A DNA stretch of 64,000 nt, taken from an uncultured Eubacteriales bacterium. GTDB taxonomy: Bacteria; Bacillota; Clostridia; Oscillospirales; CAG-272. Shown here piece after piece: positions 19,401-28,349 of the stretch (positions within the stretch are counted from its first letter, which is position 1; every line of letters starts with the position of its first letter). The notes below the pieces were generated by a model. It was not told the DNA's origin. It worked only from the letters and a program-made list of their open reading frames with translations, and did no database searches. Where the stretch lies: contig CAKSLQ010000003.1 of NCBI GenBank assembly GCA_934467415.1, forward strand, positions 77,957 through 141,956, read 5' to 3'. The position numbers and the translations under genes are program-made.

Positions 19401-19758
19401 AATGCACGTCATGTCCGCCGCAGGGAATGGAGCGGTAAGTGCCGATGTTGTAGAAGCAGATGTTCTTGACGTCCATATCACCGTTCAGCGCCAGGTTGCC
19501 GTTCATCCGGAGCGTGTATCCGCCGCCGTCGATCGTGATGCGGGCGCTGTTTTGGGGGAGCGAAAGCGAAGAAGTCAGCGAAATGTCACCCGAAAACCGG
19601 ATGGTGCCGCCGGTCGCGGCCAGGGTTGAAACCGCGCTTTCAAGCTCGGCCGGGGTGGAGACGGTGATGACGTCTGCCGCCGCGGTGAGCAGCGTGCAGA
19701 AGATGCAGAGAAATGCAAGGATGGCGAGGGCAGGAAGGACTTTTCTGACCTGATTCAT
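16477..19758 (-). CDS. large secreted multidomain protein: beta-helix-like repeats, GH43-like domain, Ig/Fn3-like repeats, C-terminal dockerin-like segment
   Basis: Signal peptide. Repeated ..NGGSIT.. units. GH43-like core (ADPCLLYANGLYYL, WSPELHYF, EGATALYG). C-terminus DTNGDGVCDIRDALLSLQNVLNG. GAGGAG SD. Confidence 0.7.
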   Translation of the reverse strand: MNQVRKVLPALAILAFLCIFCTLLTAAADVITVSTPAELESAVSTLAATGGTIRFSGDISLTSSLSLPQNSARITIDGGGYTLRMNGNLALNGDMDVKNICFYNIGTYRSIPCGGHDVHFYDTVTCGKSGDYYPSIMAGYTASAAFTGGRLTVDGGTWQRIRGGNAGTGSVLQSGSVVINGGSITEFLQICGAGASAPGSRFDVTINGGSITNIRFFSVSGSAASTADSTLTVNGGRIGGTIRLSIFDSGTLRGESTIRLLGGDFSGLTGIYGYAGSGSLRTSLVLSPSLTGVIENRITDTLSGTLLRTGVADPCLLYANGLYYLTMTGSSNIALLRSTSLDGLGSLTLSQNLVYRGAQDATATDTFGYTELSGTWSPELHYFDADDFGADYAGWYMFLALRKKGDDSSNIRMVALKSKYGETPEGPYRHPTDGTTYKSQPILDRSGSIITEWACGMSILRIESGAYKGIYAMWVAEENRGTAAFRQKIMIARLKSPWQLASEPTAILYPSQYWEKIDAGYWQGKYYPAVVEGATALYGKDGQVYVIYCGSGYWTNYGLGQITWNGGDPQSASSWVKYTDNPVFGANDKNGNHYSGVMMQGAGHAFFVRDAEDKLYAVYHAYPSDANGSNKASARNAYIEPCSIDYTKFNGANYGVLTFANGKKPANTSMKVSFTTRLSASSLLDLFDDSFDAAVTLDAAASLSAEPVDGGVLLRASYKADGIEGCEIRRKVDGGAFVKLTDLTGGDRAYTDTATEANTAYAYIALPYMEHGGTRYYGAPSDEATAEVRLEPPTLEVDITTDSKVAILLLSHPDTTSFSLYRIYKYDAAEGAATKTLLAEIKANRTSWVDTEIELEHTYVYSATAVKDGFESAPSAERRLYVPIPRMTATAKTAVGGGILLTITDSGSADSYEFKRYDDGKVLANTTDKTCLDTDVVPGTHYNYLITAYENGESVYRISAFCTAAEPKASLRISEKNGTITLTISEVSGAASYKLYRDGSPYLSGNLVGTSQFANPWGDGKYVFRLDVLDEDGRVFDSVTQTLRIGAHYDKAYDTNGDGVCDIRDALLSLQNVLNGKGGTLADILNLLRFLAD

Positions 19759-19796
19759 GGTTTTCTCCTCAAAATTCGGTTTTAATCATTCTGCTT

Positions 19797-21629
19797 TTAT
19801 TCTACGGTGACGCTCTTGGCAAGGTTGCGGGGCTTGTCGATGTCGCAGCCGCGCGCCGCCGCGACATGGTAGGCCAGCAGCTGGAGCACGGTGGCAAGCG
19901 GGATCGCCGCAAAGAGCGGGTCGCAGTCCGGGATGCAGAGCACACGCTCCGCCTCGTCCGCGGCGTGTTCGGCGTCGCGGCGGGTAATCAGCAGTACCCG
20001 GGCGCCGCGCGCCTTGACCTCGCGGATGTTGCTGATCATCTTTTCGTAGAGCGCCTCGTCGGTCGCAAGTGCGATGACCGGCATCTGATCGGTGATCAGC
20101 GAGATCGTGCCGTGCTTGAGTTCGCCTGCGGCGTAGGCCTCGCTGTGGATGTAGGAGATCTCCTTCAGCTTGAGCGAGCCCTCCATCGAGAGATAGTAGT
20201 CGAGGCCGCGGCCGATGAAGAAGAGGTCCTCGTAGTGTGCAAAGTCGGCGGCCGCCGCCTTGATTGCATCCTCGGTTTTCAGCGTCTCCTCGATGACGCG
20301 GGGCATGTCGCGGTAGAGCTTCTCGGTGTAGGCGCGCGCCTCCGCCTCGCTGAGGCGGCCGCAGAGCAGCGCCATGCGGATGGTGAGCAGATAGATCAGC
20401 GAGATCTGCACGGTGTAGGCCTTGGTGGAGGCGACCGAGATCTCGGGGCCTGCCCAGGTGTAAATCACATTGTCCGCCTCGCGCGCGATGGACGAGCCGA
20501 TGACGTTGACGATGCCGAGCGTGTAGGCGCCGCGGGATTTTGCCAGGCGGAGCGCCGCCAGCGAGTCGGCGGTCTCGCCCGACTGGGAGATGATGATGAC
20601 GAGGTCGTCGGGCGTGAGGATCGGGTCGTTGTAGCGGAACTCGGACGCGATCTCCACCTTGACGGGGATGCGGCAGAGGCGCTCGATCGCCGCCTTGCCG
20701 ACGAGACCGGCGTGCATCGCCGTGCCGCAGGCGACAAACGTCACGCTCTTGGCGCGGCGCAGCCGCTCGTCCGAGAGATGCTCACCCTCAAAGTCGGGCA
20801 GCATCCCCGCGATGCGCGGGTGCAGCGTCTTTTCGACGGCGGCGGGTTCTTCGTTGATCTCTTTGATCATGAAGTGCGGGTAGCCGCCGCGCTCCGCCGC
20901 CTCGACCGACCAGTCGGCGGTCATCATCTCGGGGTGCAGGGGGCGCTTGTCGATGTCCATGATCTCGATGCTGTGTGCCGTGACGACCGCCATTTGCAGG
21001 TCGCCGAGCGGATAGTAGTTTTTCGTGTGGCGCAGCACCGCCGCGATGTCCGAGGCGATGAAGTTTTCGCCCTCGCCGACGCCGACGATCAGCGGATTGT
21101 CTTTTTTGATGGCGTAGAGCCGGTCGGGCGTGTCGGCAAACAGCACGGCGATGGCGTAGGAGCCGACCATCTCGCGCATGACGGCGGAGAGGGCGCTCAG
21201 GTGGTCGCCGCATTCGCGGTAGCGCAGGTCAATCAGCTTTGCCGCGACCTCGGTGTCGGTCTCCGAGGAGAAAGTATAGCCTTTTTCAAGGAGCATTTTG
21301 CGGAGCGCGGCATAGTTTTCAATGATGCCGTTGTGGACGATCTGCACCCGTTCGTTGCCGTGGGGATGTGAGTTTGCGTCCGAGGGCGCGCCGTGTGTTG
21401 CCCAACGGGTGTGCCCGATGCCGACCTGCGCGCCGGCAAAATTGCCGACGGCGGCGAGCTTTGCCTCGAGCGCGGCGACCTTGCCGACCGCCTTGGTGAC
21501 CTCAATGCCGCCGTCTTTGTAAACCGCGATGCCCGCGGAGTCGTAGCCGCGGTATTCGAGCGCGTGCAGCCCCTCCAGAATAATCTTCGCTGCTTCCTTC
21601 TGACCGATGTAACCGGTGATTCCGCACAT
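19797..21629 (-). CDS. glmS: glutamine--fructose-6-phosphate aminotransferase
   Basis: Starts MCGITGYIG (catalytic Cys2). SIS domains. Ends ..AKSVTVE. The ORF-track start at 21641 is rejected in favour of the ATG at 21629. Confidence 0.95.
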   Translation of the reverse strand: MCGITGYIGQKEAAKIILEGLHALEYRGYDSAGIAVYKDGGIEVTKAVGKVAALEAKLAAVGNFAGAQVGIGHTRWATHGAPSDANSHPHGNERVQIVHNGIIENYAALRKMLLEKGYTFSSETDTEVAAKLIDLRYRECGDHLSALSAVMREMVGSYAIAVLFADTPDRLYAIKKDNPLIVGVGEGENFIASDIAAVLRHTKNYYPLGDLQMAVVTAHSIEIMDIDKRPLHPEMMTADWSVEAAERGGYPHFMIKEINEEPAAVEKTLHPRIAGMLPDFEGEHLSDERLRRAKSVTFVACGTAMHAGLVGKAAIERLCRIPVKVEIASEFRYNDPILTPDDLVIIISQSGETADSLAALRLAKSRGAYTLGIVNVIGSSIAREADNVIYTWAGPEISVASTKAYTVQISLIYLLTIRMALLCGRLSEAEARAYTEKLYRDMPRVIEETLKTEDAIKAAAADFAHYEDLFFIGRGLDYYLSMEGSLKLKEISYIHSEAYAAGELKHGTISLITDQMPVIALATDEALYEKMISNIREVKARGARVLLITRRDAEHAADEAERVLCIPDCDPLFAAIPLATVLQLLAYHVAAARGCDIDKPRNLAKSVTVE

Positions 21630-21685
21630 GGTATGACACAATACGGCATACGGGCGCTCATCCCCCGCTGCCGTCTCAATTCTTA

Positions 21686-21852
21686 AAGTATTCTGCGTAT
21701 CCTCCGTGTTGTCGGACGGTTACCCGTCGGTTTTGCCGGAAGATGCGGCGGCAGTCCGCCGTCGGAGCATCCGCCGAATGGGCAGGCGAGCCTGCCGCTC
21801 TCGATAACTCCGATCCTCGTTAACCGCGCGGTGCGCGGTCTGGCGCTAAAGG
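21686..21852 (-). ncRNA. glmS: glmS ribozyme (GlcN6P-activated)
   Basis: The minus strand reads ..UUU-AGCGCCAGACCGCG..GGUUAACGAGGAUCGGAGUUAUCGAGAGCGG..UUCGGCGGAUGCUCC.., matching the conserved glmS core and cleavage-site context. Lies directly 5' of glmS. Confidence 0.9.
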
Positions 21853-21934
21853 CGCGGCACATGTGCCGACGCCCTTTTCATGAGCGTATATTTTCTGCGG
21901 CTCCGCCGCGGAAAAACAAAATATGAAATCCCGT

Positions 21935-22040
21935 AAAAAAGACGGCTGTGCCGGCTTTTTTACTCCTTAAAGGGCGGCGCGGCTGAGCGCACGCGAGTGA
22001 ACGCCCTTGCACCAGTCGAAAACCTCGGTTTTCGACTGAA
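21935..22040 (+). repeat. intergenic repeat HP-III, copy 2 (includes the bidirectional terminator of glmM)
   Basis: AAAAAAGACGGCTGTGCCGGCTTTTT, AAGGGCG..ACGCGAGTGAACGCCCTTGC, hairpin AGTCGAAAACC/GGTTTTCGACT. Colinear with 6884-6990. Confidence 0.75.
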
Positions 22041-22043
22041 TCG

Positions 22044-23408
22044 TCAGTATACCTTCAGCTTCTCCTCGATCCGCTCGGCGACCTGCCGTGCGATCGCCTC
22101 GGTGAAGGCCTCGTCCTCGCCCTCCGCCATGATGCGGATCAGCGGTTCGGTGCCGGACGGGCGCACGACCAACCTGCCGCGGTTCCCGAGCTTTTCCTTG
22201 CCCTCGTCGAGGATGGCGCGCACATCGTCGTCGGTGTAGAACGCGAGCTTTGCCGCGTCGCTGGTGCGGATGTTGACGATGAGCTGCGGGTACTTGGTCA
22301 TGACCGTCTTCAGCTCGGAAAGCTTCTTGCCGCTGCGGTGGATGTGTGCCAGCAGCTGCACGGCCGAGAGCTGACCGTCGCCCGTGGTGGCGAAGTCCTT
22401 GAAAATGATATGCCCCGACTGCTCACCGCCGAAGACATAGTCCTCCAGCAGCATCTCCTCCAGCACATAGCGGTCGCCGACCTTGGTCGCCGAGAAGCGG
22501 ATGTCGTTGGCCTCGCAGAAGCGGATGAACCCGAGGTTGGACATGATCGTGCCCACCACGGTGTTGTTCTTCAGTCTGCCGCGCGCCTTCATGTCCAGCG
22601 CGAGGATCGCCATAATCATGTCGCCGTCCACGACCTCGCCGTTTCCGTCCACGCAGAGCACGCGGTCCGCGTCACCGTCAAAGGCAATGCCGATGTCCAG
22701 CTTCTTCTCCTTGACGCAGGCAATCAGGTTTTCGAGGTGGGTCGAGCCGCAGGCGGCGTTGATGTTGGTGCCGTCCGGCTTGTCGGAGAGCATCACGCAG
22801 TTGACGCCGAGCGAGGTGAACAGCTTTTCCGCCGTGCGGGAGGCCGAGCCGTTCGCGCAGTCGAACGCGACGGTCAGCCCGTCGAGCCGCTCGTCCGTCG
22901 TCGATGCGACAAACCTGATGTACTCGTCGATCGCCTCGGGCTTGTGGATGATCTTGCCGATCTTCGCGCCGGTCGCCGGCTTCGGCATCGGCACTTCGCC
23001 GAGCACCATCGACTCGATGTTCTCCTCCAGCTCGTCGGCGAGCTTGAAGCCGTCGGCGTTGAAGACCTTGATGCCGTTGAACTCAAACGGGTTGTGCGAC
23101 GCCGAGATCATGATGCCCGCGCGCGCCTTGCAGCGGCGGGTGAGATAGGCGACGGCGGGGGTCGGGACGACGCCGAGGTTGATGACGTCGTAGCCGACCG
23201 AGAGAATGCCTGCGGTCAGCGCAGAGGCGAGCATATCCGAAGAAATGCGGGTGTCCATGCCGAGCAGGATGGTCTTTTTGGTATTGCTTTTGCTTTTTGC
23301 CATGCCGATGGATGCGGCAACGGCGCGTCCGGTGGCGACGGCCAGCTCAACCGTGAGCTTTTCGTTGGCAACGCCGCGGATGCCGTCTGTTCCGAAGAGT
23401 CTTCCCAT
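22044..23408 (-). CDS. glmM: phosphoglucosamine mutase
   Basis: MGRLFGTDGIRG.., active-site SASHNP, GDGDADR. Confidence 0.95.
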   Translation of the reverse strand: MGRLFGTDGIRGVANEKLTVELAVATGRAVAASIGMAKSKSNTKKTILLGMDTRISSDMLASALTAGILSVGYDVINLGVVPTPAVAYLTRRCKARAGIMISASHNPFEFNGIKVFNADGFKLADELEENIESMVLGEVPMPKPATGAKIGKIIHKPEAIDEYIRFVASTTDERLDGLTVAFDCANGSASRTAEKLFTSLGVNCVMLSDKPDGTNINAACGSTHLENLIACVKEKKLDIGIAFDGDADRVLCVDGNGEVVDGDMIMAILALDMKARGRLKNNTVVGTIMSNLGFIRFCEANDIRFSATKVGDRYVLEEMLLEDYVFGGEQSGHIIFKDFATTGDGQLSAVQLLAHIHRSGKKLSELKTVMTKYPQLIVNIRTSDAAKLAFYTDDDVRAILDEGKEKLGNRGRLVVRPSGTEPLIRIMAEGEDEAFTEAIARQVAERIEEKLKVY

Positions 23409-23432
23409 GGGGATCTTCCTTTCGTTTAACTG

Positions 23433-24107
23433 TTAACTGTTTTCTTTGAGGACAATGTTGTCGGCGGCCTTGTAGATGCTGTCCGCCATGATGACGCCGC
23501 GGACGCGCGAGAGCGGATAGATGTTGGTGTGCTTGCCGATGATCGTGCCGGGGTTCAGCACGCTGTTGCAGCCGACCTCGACAAAGTCGCCGAGCATGGC
23601 GCCGATCTTGTAGGCGCCGGTCGCGGCGGTCTCCTTGCCGCAGCGGATGACGATGTTTGTCCGGTCGCTCTTGACGTTGGAGGTGATCGAACCGGCGCCC
23701 ATGTGCGAATGCCAGCCGAGGATGGAGTCGCCGACGTAGTTGTAGTGCGGGGTCTGCGCATCGTCGAAGATGATGGAGTTTTTGATCTCGCAGGAGTTGC
23801 CGAAGACCGCGTTCTTCCCGATGATGGCGCTGCCGCGGATGAACGCGCAGTGGCGGATCTCCGCGCCGTGGTCGATGATGCAGGGCGCGCCGATGTACGC
23901 GCTCGGGAAGACCTTGGCGTCCTTCGCGATCCAGACGCCCTCCTCGGGGTGGTCGTACTCGTCGGCGGGCAGGGTCGCGCCGAGCTCGAGAATAAAGGCT
24001 TTCAGCTCCTTCAGCACTTCCCACGGGTAGGTGTGGCGCAGAAGCAGATCCTTGGCGATGGTGTGGTCGAGGTCGTACAGCTCGCTGATCGAAGGAATGT
24101 TGCTCAT
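23433..24107 (-). CDS. left-handed beta-helix (hexapeptide) acyltransferase, GlmU C-terminal-domain-like
   Basis: Hexapeptide repeats. CEIKNSIIFDDAQTPHYNYVGDSILGWHSHMGAGSITSN resembles the GlmU acetyltransferase region. Lies next to glmM/glmS. Confidence 0.6.
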   Translation of the reverse strand: MSNIPSISELYDLDHTIAKDLLLRHTYPWEVLKELKAFILELGATLPADEYDHPEEGVWIAKDAKVFPSAYIGAPCIIDHGAEIRHCAFIRGSAIIGKNAVFGNSCEIKNSIIFDDAQTPHYNYVGDSILGWHSHMGAGSITSNVKSDRTNIVIRCGKETAATGAYKIGAMLGDFVEVGCNSVLNPGTIIGKHTNIYPLSRVRGVIMADSIYKAADNIVLKENS

Positions 24108-24565
24108 CTGCGTTCCTCCTCCTCAATCGCCGCGATCATGTCCACGCGGGTCTGGTGGCGGCCGCCCTCAAAGGCTGCGCCGAGAAAGGCGTCCACGAGG
24201 TCGCAGGCCAGGCCGTAGCCGACGACGCGCGCGCCGAAGCAGAGAATGTTCGCGTCGTTGTGCGCGCGGGTCATGCGCGCCGAGAAGGTGTCCGAGCAGC
24301 AGGCCGCGCGGATGCCCTTAAACTTGTTGGCGACCATGCTCATGCCCACGCCCGTGCCGCAGACGAGAATGCCGCAGGTGTCGGCGTCCGCGTCGCGCAC
24401 CGCTTTGGCGACCGCCGCGCCGTAGACCGGGTAGTGGCAGGAGGCGTCCGAGTCGGTGCCGCAGTCGGTCACGTCGTAGCCGTCCGCGATGAGTTTTTCC
24501 TTGATCTGTTCCTTGAGGTGGTAGCCGGCGCTGTCCGCGCCGATGATGATGTGCTTGAAGATCAT
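24104..24565 (-). CDS. rpiB: ribose-5-phosphate isomerase B / RpiB-LacAB family sugar-phosphate isomerase
   Basis: GILVCGTGVGMSMVANKFKGIRAA.., ARMTRAHNDANILCFGARV. Confidence 0.85.
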   Translation of the reverse strand: MIFKHIIIGADSAGYHLKEQIKEKLIADGYDVTDCGTDSDASCHYPVYGAAVAKAVRDADADTCGILVCGTGVGMSMVANKFKGIRAACCSDTFSARMTRAHNDANILCFGARVVGYGLACDLVDAFLGAAFEGGRHQTRVDMIAAIEEEERR

Positions 24566-24598
24566 GTGTGCAAACCTTTCCTAAAATTTATACAGCAT

Positions 24599-25315
24599 TC
24601 ATTTGCACGGCGCCGTTTCGTGCGCCGCTTTTTCCTTTTCCAGCCGCTCGCGCTCCGCCTGCGGCAGCCGCAGGTAGACCGGGGCAAATTCCGCGTCGGT
24701 CACGGTCTCTCCCGCGCGGTACATCGCGTAGGCGACAAGCCCCACGCTCTCGCCGTCGGCAAGGCGGCGGTCTTCGGGGCAGAGCTCGACCGGCAGCCCG
24801 TCGAAAAAGGGCAGGGCTGCCGCCGCGCCGTCGCCCACCAGGGTGACGTGCGGATAGGCGGCAAGCGATGCCGCGATCTCCTCGCCGCTCTTGGCTTCGT
24901 CCGGGGTGAGGCGGGTGACCCTGCCGCCTTCCACGGCGAACGTTGCGGTGTAGAACTGCCCGCGCCGCGCGTCCATCAGGGCGCAGACGGTGCCGTCCGC
25001 CGCGCGCAGGTTATAGGCCAGCGCTTCGAGCGCGCTGACGGCGCAGCAGGGCTTGTTTCTGCCGAAGGCGATGCCTTTGAGCGTGGCCGCGCCGATGCGC
25101 ACGCCGGTGAACGAGCCGGGGCCCGCCGAGGCGGCAAACAGGTCGATGTCGGCAAAGGTCAGCCCGGCCTTTTTCAGCAGCTGCTCGATGGCGGGCAGCA
25201 GGGTGGACGAATGGGTCATGGCGTCGTCCGCCGCCGCTTTGCAGAGCAGACGGTCGTCGTCGAGCAGGGCGGCCGCGGCGACCTTGGCCGCGGAATCCAG
25301 GGCGAGTATTTTCAT
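24599..25315 (-). CDS. tsaB: tRNA t6A37 biosynthesis protein TsaB
   Basis: MKILALDSAA.. with a GPGSFTGVRIG motif. Confidence 0.85.
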   Translation of the reverse strand: MKILALDSAAKVAAAALLDDDRLLCKAAADDAMTHSSTLLPAIEQLLKKAGLTFADIDLFAASAGPGSFTGVRIGAATLKGIAFGRNKPCCAVSALEALAYNLRAADGTVCALMDARRGQFYTATFAVEGGRVTRLTPDEAKSGEEIAASLAAYPHVTLVGDGAAAALPFFDGLPVELCPEDRRLADGESVGLVAYAMYRAGETVTDAEFAPVYLRLPQAERERLEKEKAAHETAPCK

Positions 25316-25357
25316 GATATGCAAAAGTCCTTTCGCGTGTGCGGTTCGCGTGTGCGG

Positions 25358-25813
25358 TCAGAGCGCCGCGCCGTCCGGCAGGGTGAGGGTGATGCGCCGC
25401 CCGTCCGCGCCGTCGGTCTTCGCGATTTCGACGGTGATGCGGTCATCCGGCAGCGCAAACGGGATCTTCTCACTCCATTCGCAGAGCAGGTAGCCCGCGT
25501 CGAGGTAGTCGTAGTAGCCGGTGGAATAGAGGTCGTCCTCCCCCTCGATGCGATAGACGTCGAAGTGGAAGACCGGGATGCGCCCGCCGCGATATTCGTT
25601 GACGATGGTGTAGGTCGGGCTTTTCACGCGGGCGTCCGGCGCGAGCGCCGAGACAAAGCCGCGGACAAAGGCGGTCTTGCCGACGCCGAGGTCGCCGGAG
25701 AGGGCGACGAACGCGGTCGGCTTTCCGGCCGTCAGCAGCCGCTCACAGAGTGCGCGGCCGGCGGACTCGGTTTCCGCCGCTGAGGCGGTGGTATAGACGG
25801 TGGTCTGCGCCAT
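25358..25813 (-). CDS. tsaE: tRNA t6A37 biosynthesis ATPase TsaE
   Basis: [17 protein letters not shown]-loop and [10 protein letters not shown] motif. Confidence 0.85.
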   Translation of the reverse strand: MAQTTVYTTASAAETESAGRALCERLLTAGKPTAFVALSGDLGVGKTAFVRGFVSALAPDARVKSPTYTIVNEYRGGRIPVFHFDVYRIEGEDDLYSTGYYDYLDAGYLLCEWSEKIPFALPDDRITVEIAKTDGADGRRITLTLPDGAAL

Positions 25814-25984
25814 GCGCGCTCCTTTCCGCGGCAGTTCCGCAAAGGTATACTCATACTACATTATGATAGCATATCCGGCGGGAAAAAGAAAGCACTTTTC
25901 ACACTTTTGCTGTGTTTTTTATACCATAAATTTAAATGCATCCGCAAAAAAATGAAAAACACGCCGCAAAAATCGCAAAAGTTC

Positions 25985-26013
25985 TTGACAGACGCGGCGG
26001 GGCTTGCTATAAT
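25985..26013 (+). promoter_or_regulatory. consensus sigma-A promoter for rpmG-secE-nusG
   Basis: TTGACA, 17-nt spacer, TATAAT. Confidence 0.7.
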
Positions 26014-26161
26014 AATTTTACCTCTGTCAAGGAGGGCTTTTTCGTCGTGCTCTTGCACGCGCGCTTATTCCTTCGGCGCAAAAGCCCCCGTTTGGAGAGG
26101 GAGGTACGGCGGCTATGCCGCAGACGGGCGCATGCCCGAAAAACAAACAGGAGGTGCCGAT

Positions 26162-26311
26162 ATGAGAGTAAAAATTACCCTGGCGTGCAGCGAGTGCAAG
26201 CAGAGAAACTACGAGACCAAGAAGAACAAGAAAAACGATCCCGACAGACTTGAGATGAACAAGTACTGCCGTTTCTGCAACAAGCACACGCTCCACAGAG
26301 AGACGAAGTAA
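26162..26311 (+). CDS. rpmG: 50S ribosomal protein L33
   Basis: [56 protein letters not shown]. Confidence 0.95.
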   Translation: MRVKITLACSECKQRNYETKKNKKNDPDRLEMNKYCRFCNKHTLHRETK

Positions 26312-26327
26312 TCGGGAGGACGACAAA

Positions 26328-26543
26328 ATGGCAGAAGCTACGAAAGAAAAGAAGCCCGGCCGCGTTGCGAAATTCTTCCGCGACTACAGGAGCGAACTGA
26401 AGAAGATCACCTGGTGCCCGTTCAAGTCTGTGAAGACCAGCACCGCGATCGTTGTCGCTTTCACCGTCATTCTGGCGGCGATCATCGCCGTTCTTGACCT
26501 CGGATTTTCTTCCGGCGTCATCGCACTCGGACGTCTGTTCTGA
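26328..26543 (+). CDS. secE: preprotein translocase subunit SecE
   Basis: KFFRDYRSELKKITWCP followed by a single TM. Conserved position before nusG. Confidence 0.9.
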   Translation: MAEATKEKKPGRVAKFFRDYRSELKKITWCPFKSVKTSTAIVVAFTVILAAIIAVLDLGFSSGVIALGRLF

Positions 26544-26557
26544 GCGGAGAGACAAGC

Positions 26558-27100
26558 ATGAGCGATTTCGATGAGATGAATCTCGGCCCGAGGTGGTACG
26601 TTGCGCATACCTACTCCGGATACGAGAACAAGGTGAAGACCAATCTCGAAAAAATTATCGAAAACAGAAATCTCGGTCACCTGATCTATGAGATCAGGAT
26701 CCCGACGGAGACGGTCATTGCGACCACCGACGCCGGTGTGGAGAAGGAAACCGAGCAGAAGCTGTTGCCCGGCTACGTTTTCATCAAAATGACGATGACG
26801 GACGAAAGCTGGCATGTTGTGCGCAATGTTCGCGGCGTTACGGGCTTTGTAGGCCCCGGCTCGCGTCCCGTTCCGCTGACGGACGACGAGCTTGCCATCA
26901 TGCAGGGTGGCGAGGCGCATCGCGAAAATACCTTCAAGGTCGGCGACATGATTAAGATCGTGCGCGGCTCGTTTGAAGGCTTCAGCGGCAAGATCTATGA
27001 TGTTTCCGAGGACGGCGCAAGCGTCACCGTGCTGGTCAACACCGGCAAGCGCGACATGCCCGTCAAGATCGACGTCGGCGACATTAAGCTCGCAGACTGA
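26558..27100 (+). CDS. nusG: transcription termination/antitermination factor NusG
   Basis: WYVAHTYSGYENKV.. NGN domain and a C-terminal KOW (GDMIKIVRGSFEGFSGKI). Confidence 0.95.
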   Translation: MSDFDEMNLGPRWYVAHTYSGYENKVKTNLEKIIENRNLGHLIYEIRIPTETVIATTDAGVEKETEQKLLPGYVFIKMTMTDESWHVVRNVRGVTGFVGPGSRPVPLTDDELAIMQGGEAHRENTFKVGDMIKIVRGSFEGFSGKIYDVSEDGASVTVLVNTGKRDMPVKIDVGDIKLAD

Positions 27101-27190
27101 ACATCAGGATGTTTCGCCCTTTGTCAAAGGGCAGGTGGGAGAGGAAAAATTCTTGATTTCCTCGAGTAACCACATTTGGAGGTAGTTAAA

Positions 27191-27616
27191 ATGGCAAAGA
27201 AGATTTCCGGTTACATTAAACTGCAGATCCCGGCCGGCAAGGCAACGCCTCAGCCGCCTATCGGTCCTGCACTCGGTCAGTACGGTGTTTCGATCCCGAA
27301 CTTCACCAAGGAGTTCAACGAGAGAACCAAGAACGACATGGGTCTGATTATCCCCGTTGTCATCACGGTTTACGCTGACCGTTCGTTCACGTTTATCACC
27401 AAGACCCCTCCCGCAGCCGTTCTGATCAAGAAGGCTTGCGGCATTGAGACCGCTTCGGGCACGCCGAACAAGACCAAGGTCGCGTCCCTCACCAAGGAGC
27501 AGGTCAGAAAGATCGCAGAGACCAAGATGCCCGATCTCAACGCAGGCTCGATCGAGAGCGCGATGAGCATGGTGGCAGGTACCGCTCGCAGCATGGGCGT
27601 TACGGTTGAAGACTGA
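27191..27616 (+). CDS. rplK: 50S ribosomal protein L11
   Basis: [30 protein letters not shown].. Confidence 0.95.
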   Translation: MAKKISGYIKLQIPAGKATPQPPIGPALGQYGVSIPNFTKEFNERTKNDMGLIIPVVITVYADRSFTFITKTPPAAVLIKKACGIETASGTPNKTKVASLTKEQVRKIAETKMPDLNAGSIESAMSMVAGTARSMGVTVED

Positions 27617-27630
27617 GGAGGGTATCGACG

Positions 27631-28320
27631 ATGACTGGAAAGAAGTATATTGAAAGCTCGAAGCTGATCGACAAGAGCAAGCTTTACGACGCATCCGAGG
27701 CTGTTGCACTCGTATGCCAGACCGCGAAGGCAAAGTTCGACGAGACCGTCGAGCTGCACGTCCGTCTCGGCGTTGACTCCCGTCACGCAGACCAGCAGGT
27801 CCGCGGCGCGATCGTTCTCCCCAACGGTACCGGTAAGACCGTCCGCACCCTCGTTTTTGCAAAGGGTGACAAGGCGACTGCCGCAACCGAGGCCGGTGCC
27901 GACTATGTCGGCGCTGAGGACATGGTCCAGAAGATCACGACCGAGAACTGGTTCGACTTTGACGTCGTTATCGCAACGCCCGACATGATGGGTGTGATCG
28001 GCCGTCTCGGTAAGGTGCTCGGTCCTAAGGGCCTGATGCCGAACCCGAAGGCAGGCACGGTCACGATGGACGTTGCCAAGGCCGTCAAGGAAGCAAAGGC
28101 CGGTAAGATCGAGTATCGTCTCGACAAGACCAACATCATCCACTGCCCGATCGGCAAGGCGTCTTTCGGTGCAGAGAAGATCGGCGAGAACTTTGACGCG
28201 ATCATGACCGCGATCATCAAGGCGAAGCCGGCAGCAGCAAAGGGTCAGTACATCAAGAGCTGCGTAATCGCAACCACGATGGGCCCGGGTGTAAAGGTCA
28301 ACTACGCAAAGCTGGGCTGA
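27631..28320 (+). CDS. rplA: 50S ribosomal protein L1
   Basis: ..[38 protein letters not shown].. Confidence 0.95.
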   Translation: MTGKKYIESSKLIDKSKLYDASEAVALVCQTAKAKFDETVELHVRLGVDSRHADQQVRGAIVLPNGTGKTVRTLVFAKGDKATAATEAGADYVGAEDMVQKITTENWFDFDVVIATPDMMGVIGRLGKVLGPKGLMPNPKAGTVTMDVAKAVKEAKAGKIEYRLDKTNIIHCPIGKASFGAEKIGENFDAIMTAIIKAKPAAAKGQYIKSCVIATTMGPGVKVNYAKLG

Positions 28321-28349
28321 GTTACAACTTGAATCTTTTGCACAGAACA

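Noticed and set aside
26014-26161. The ~150-nt leader of rpmG, and the leaders of rplK (27101-27190) and rpsF (54493-54590), as ribosomal-protein autoregulatory leaders.
   Set aside because: This is plausible from position alone, but I could not recognise the conserved L1/L11 or S6:S18 binding motifs by eye. They are not called.
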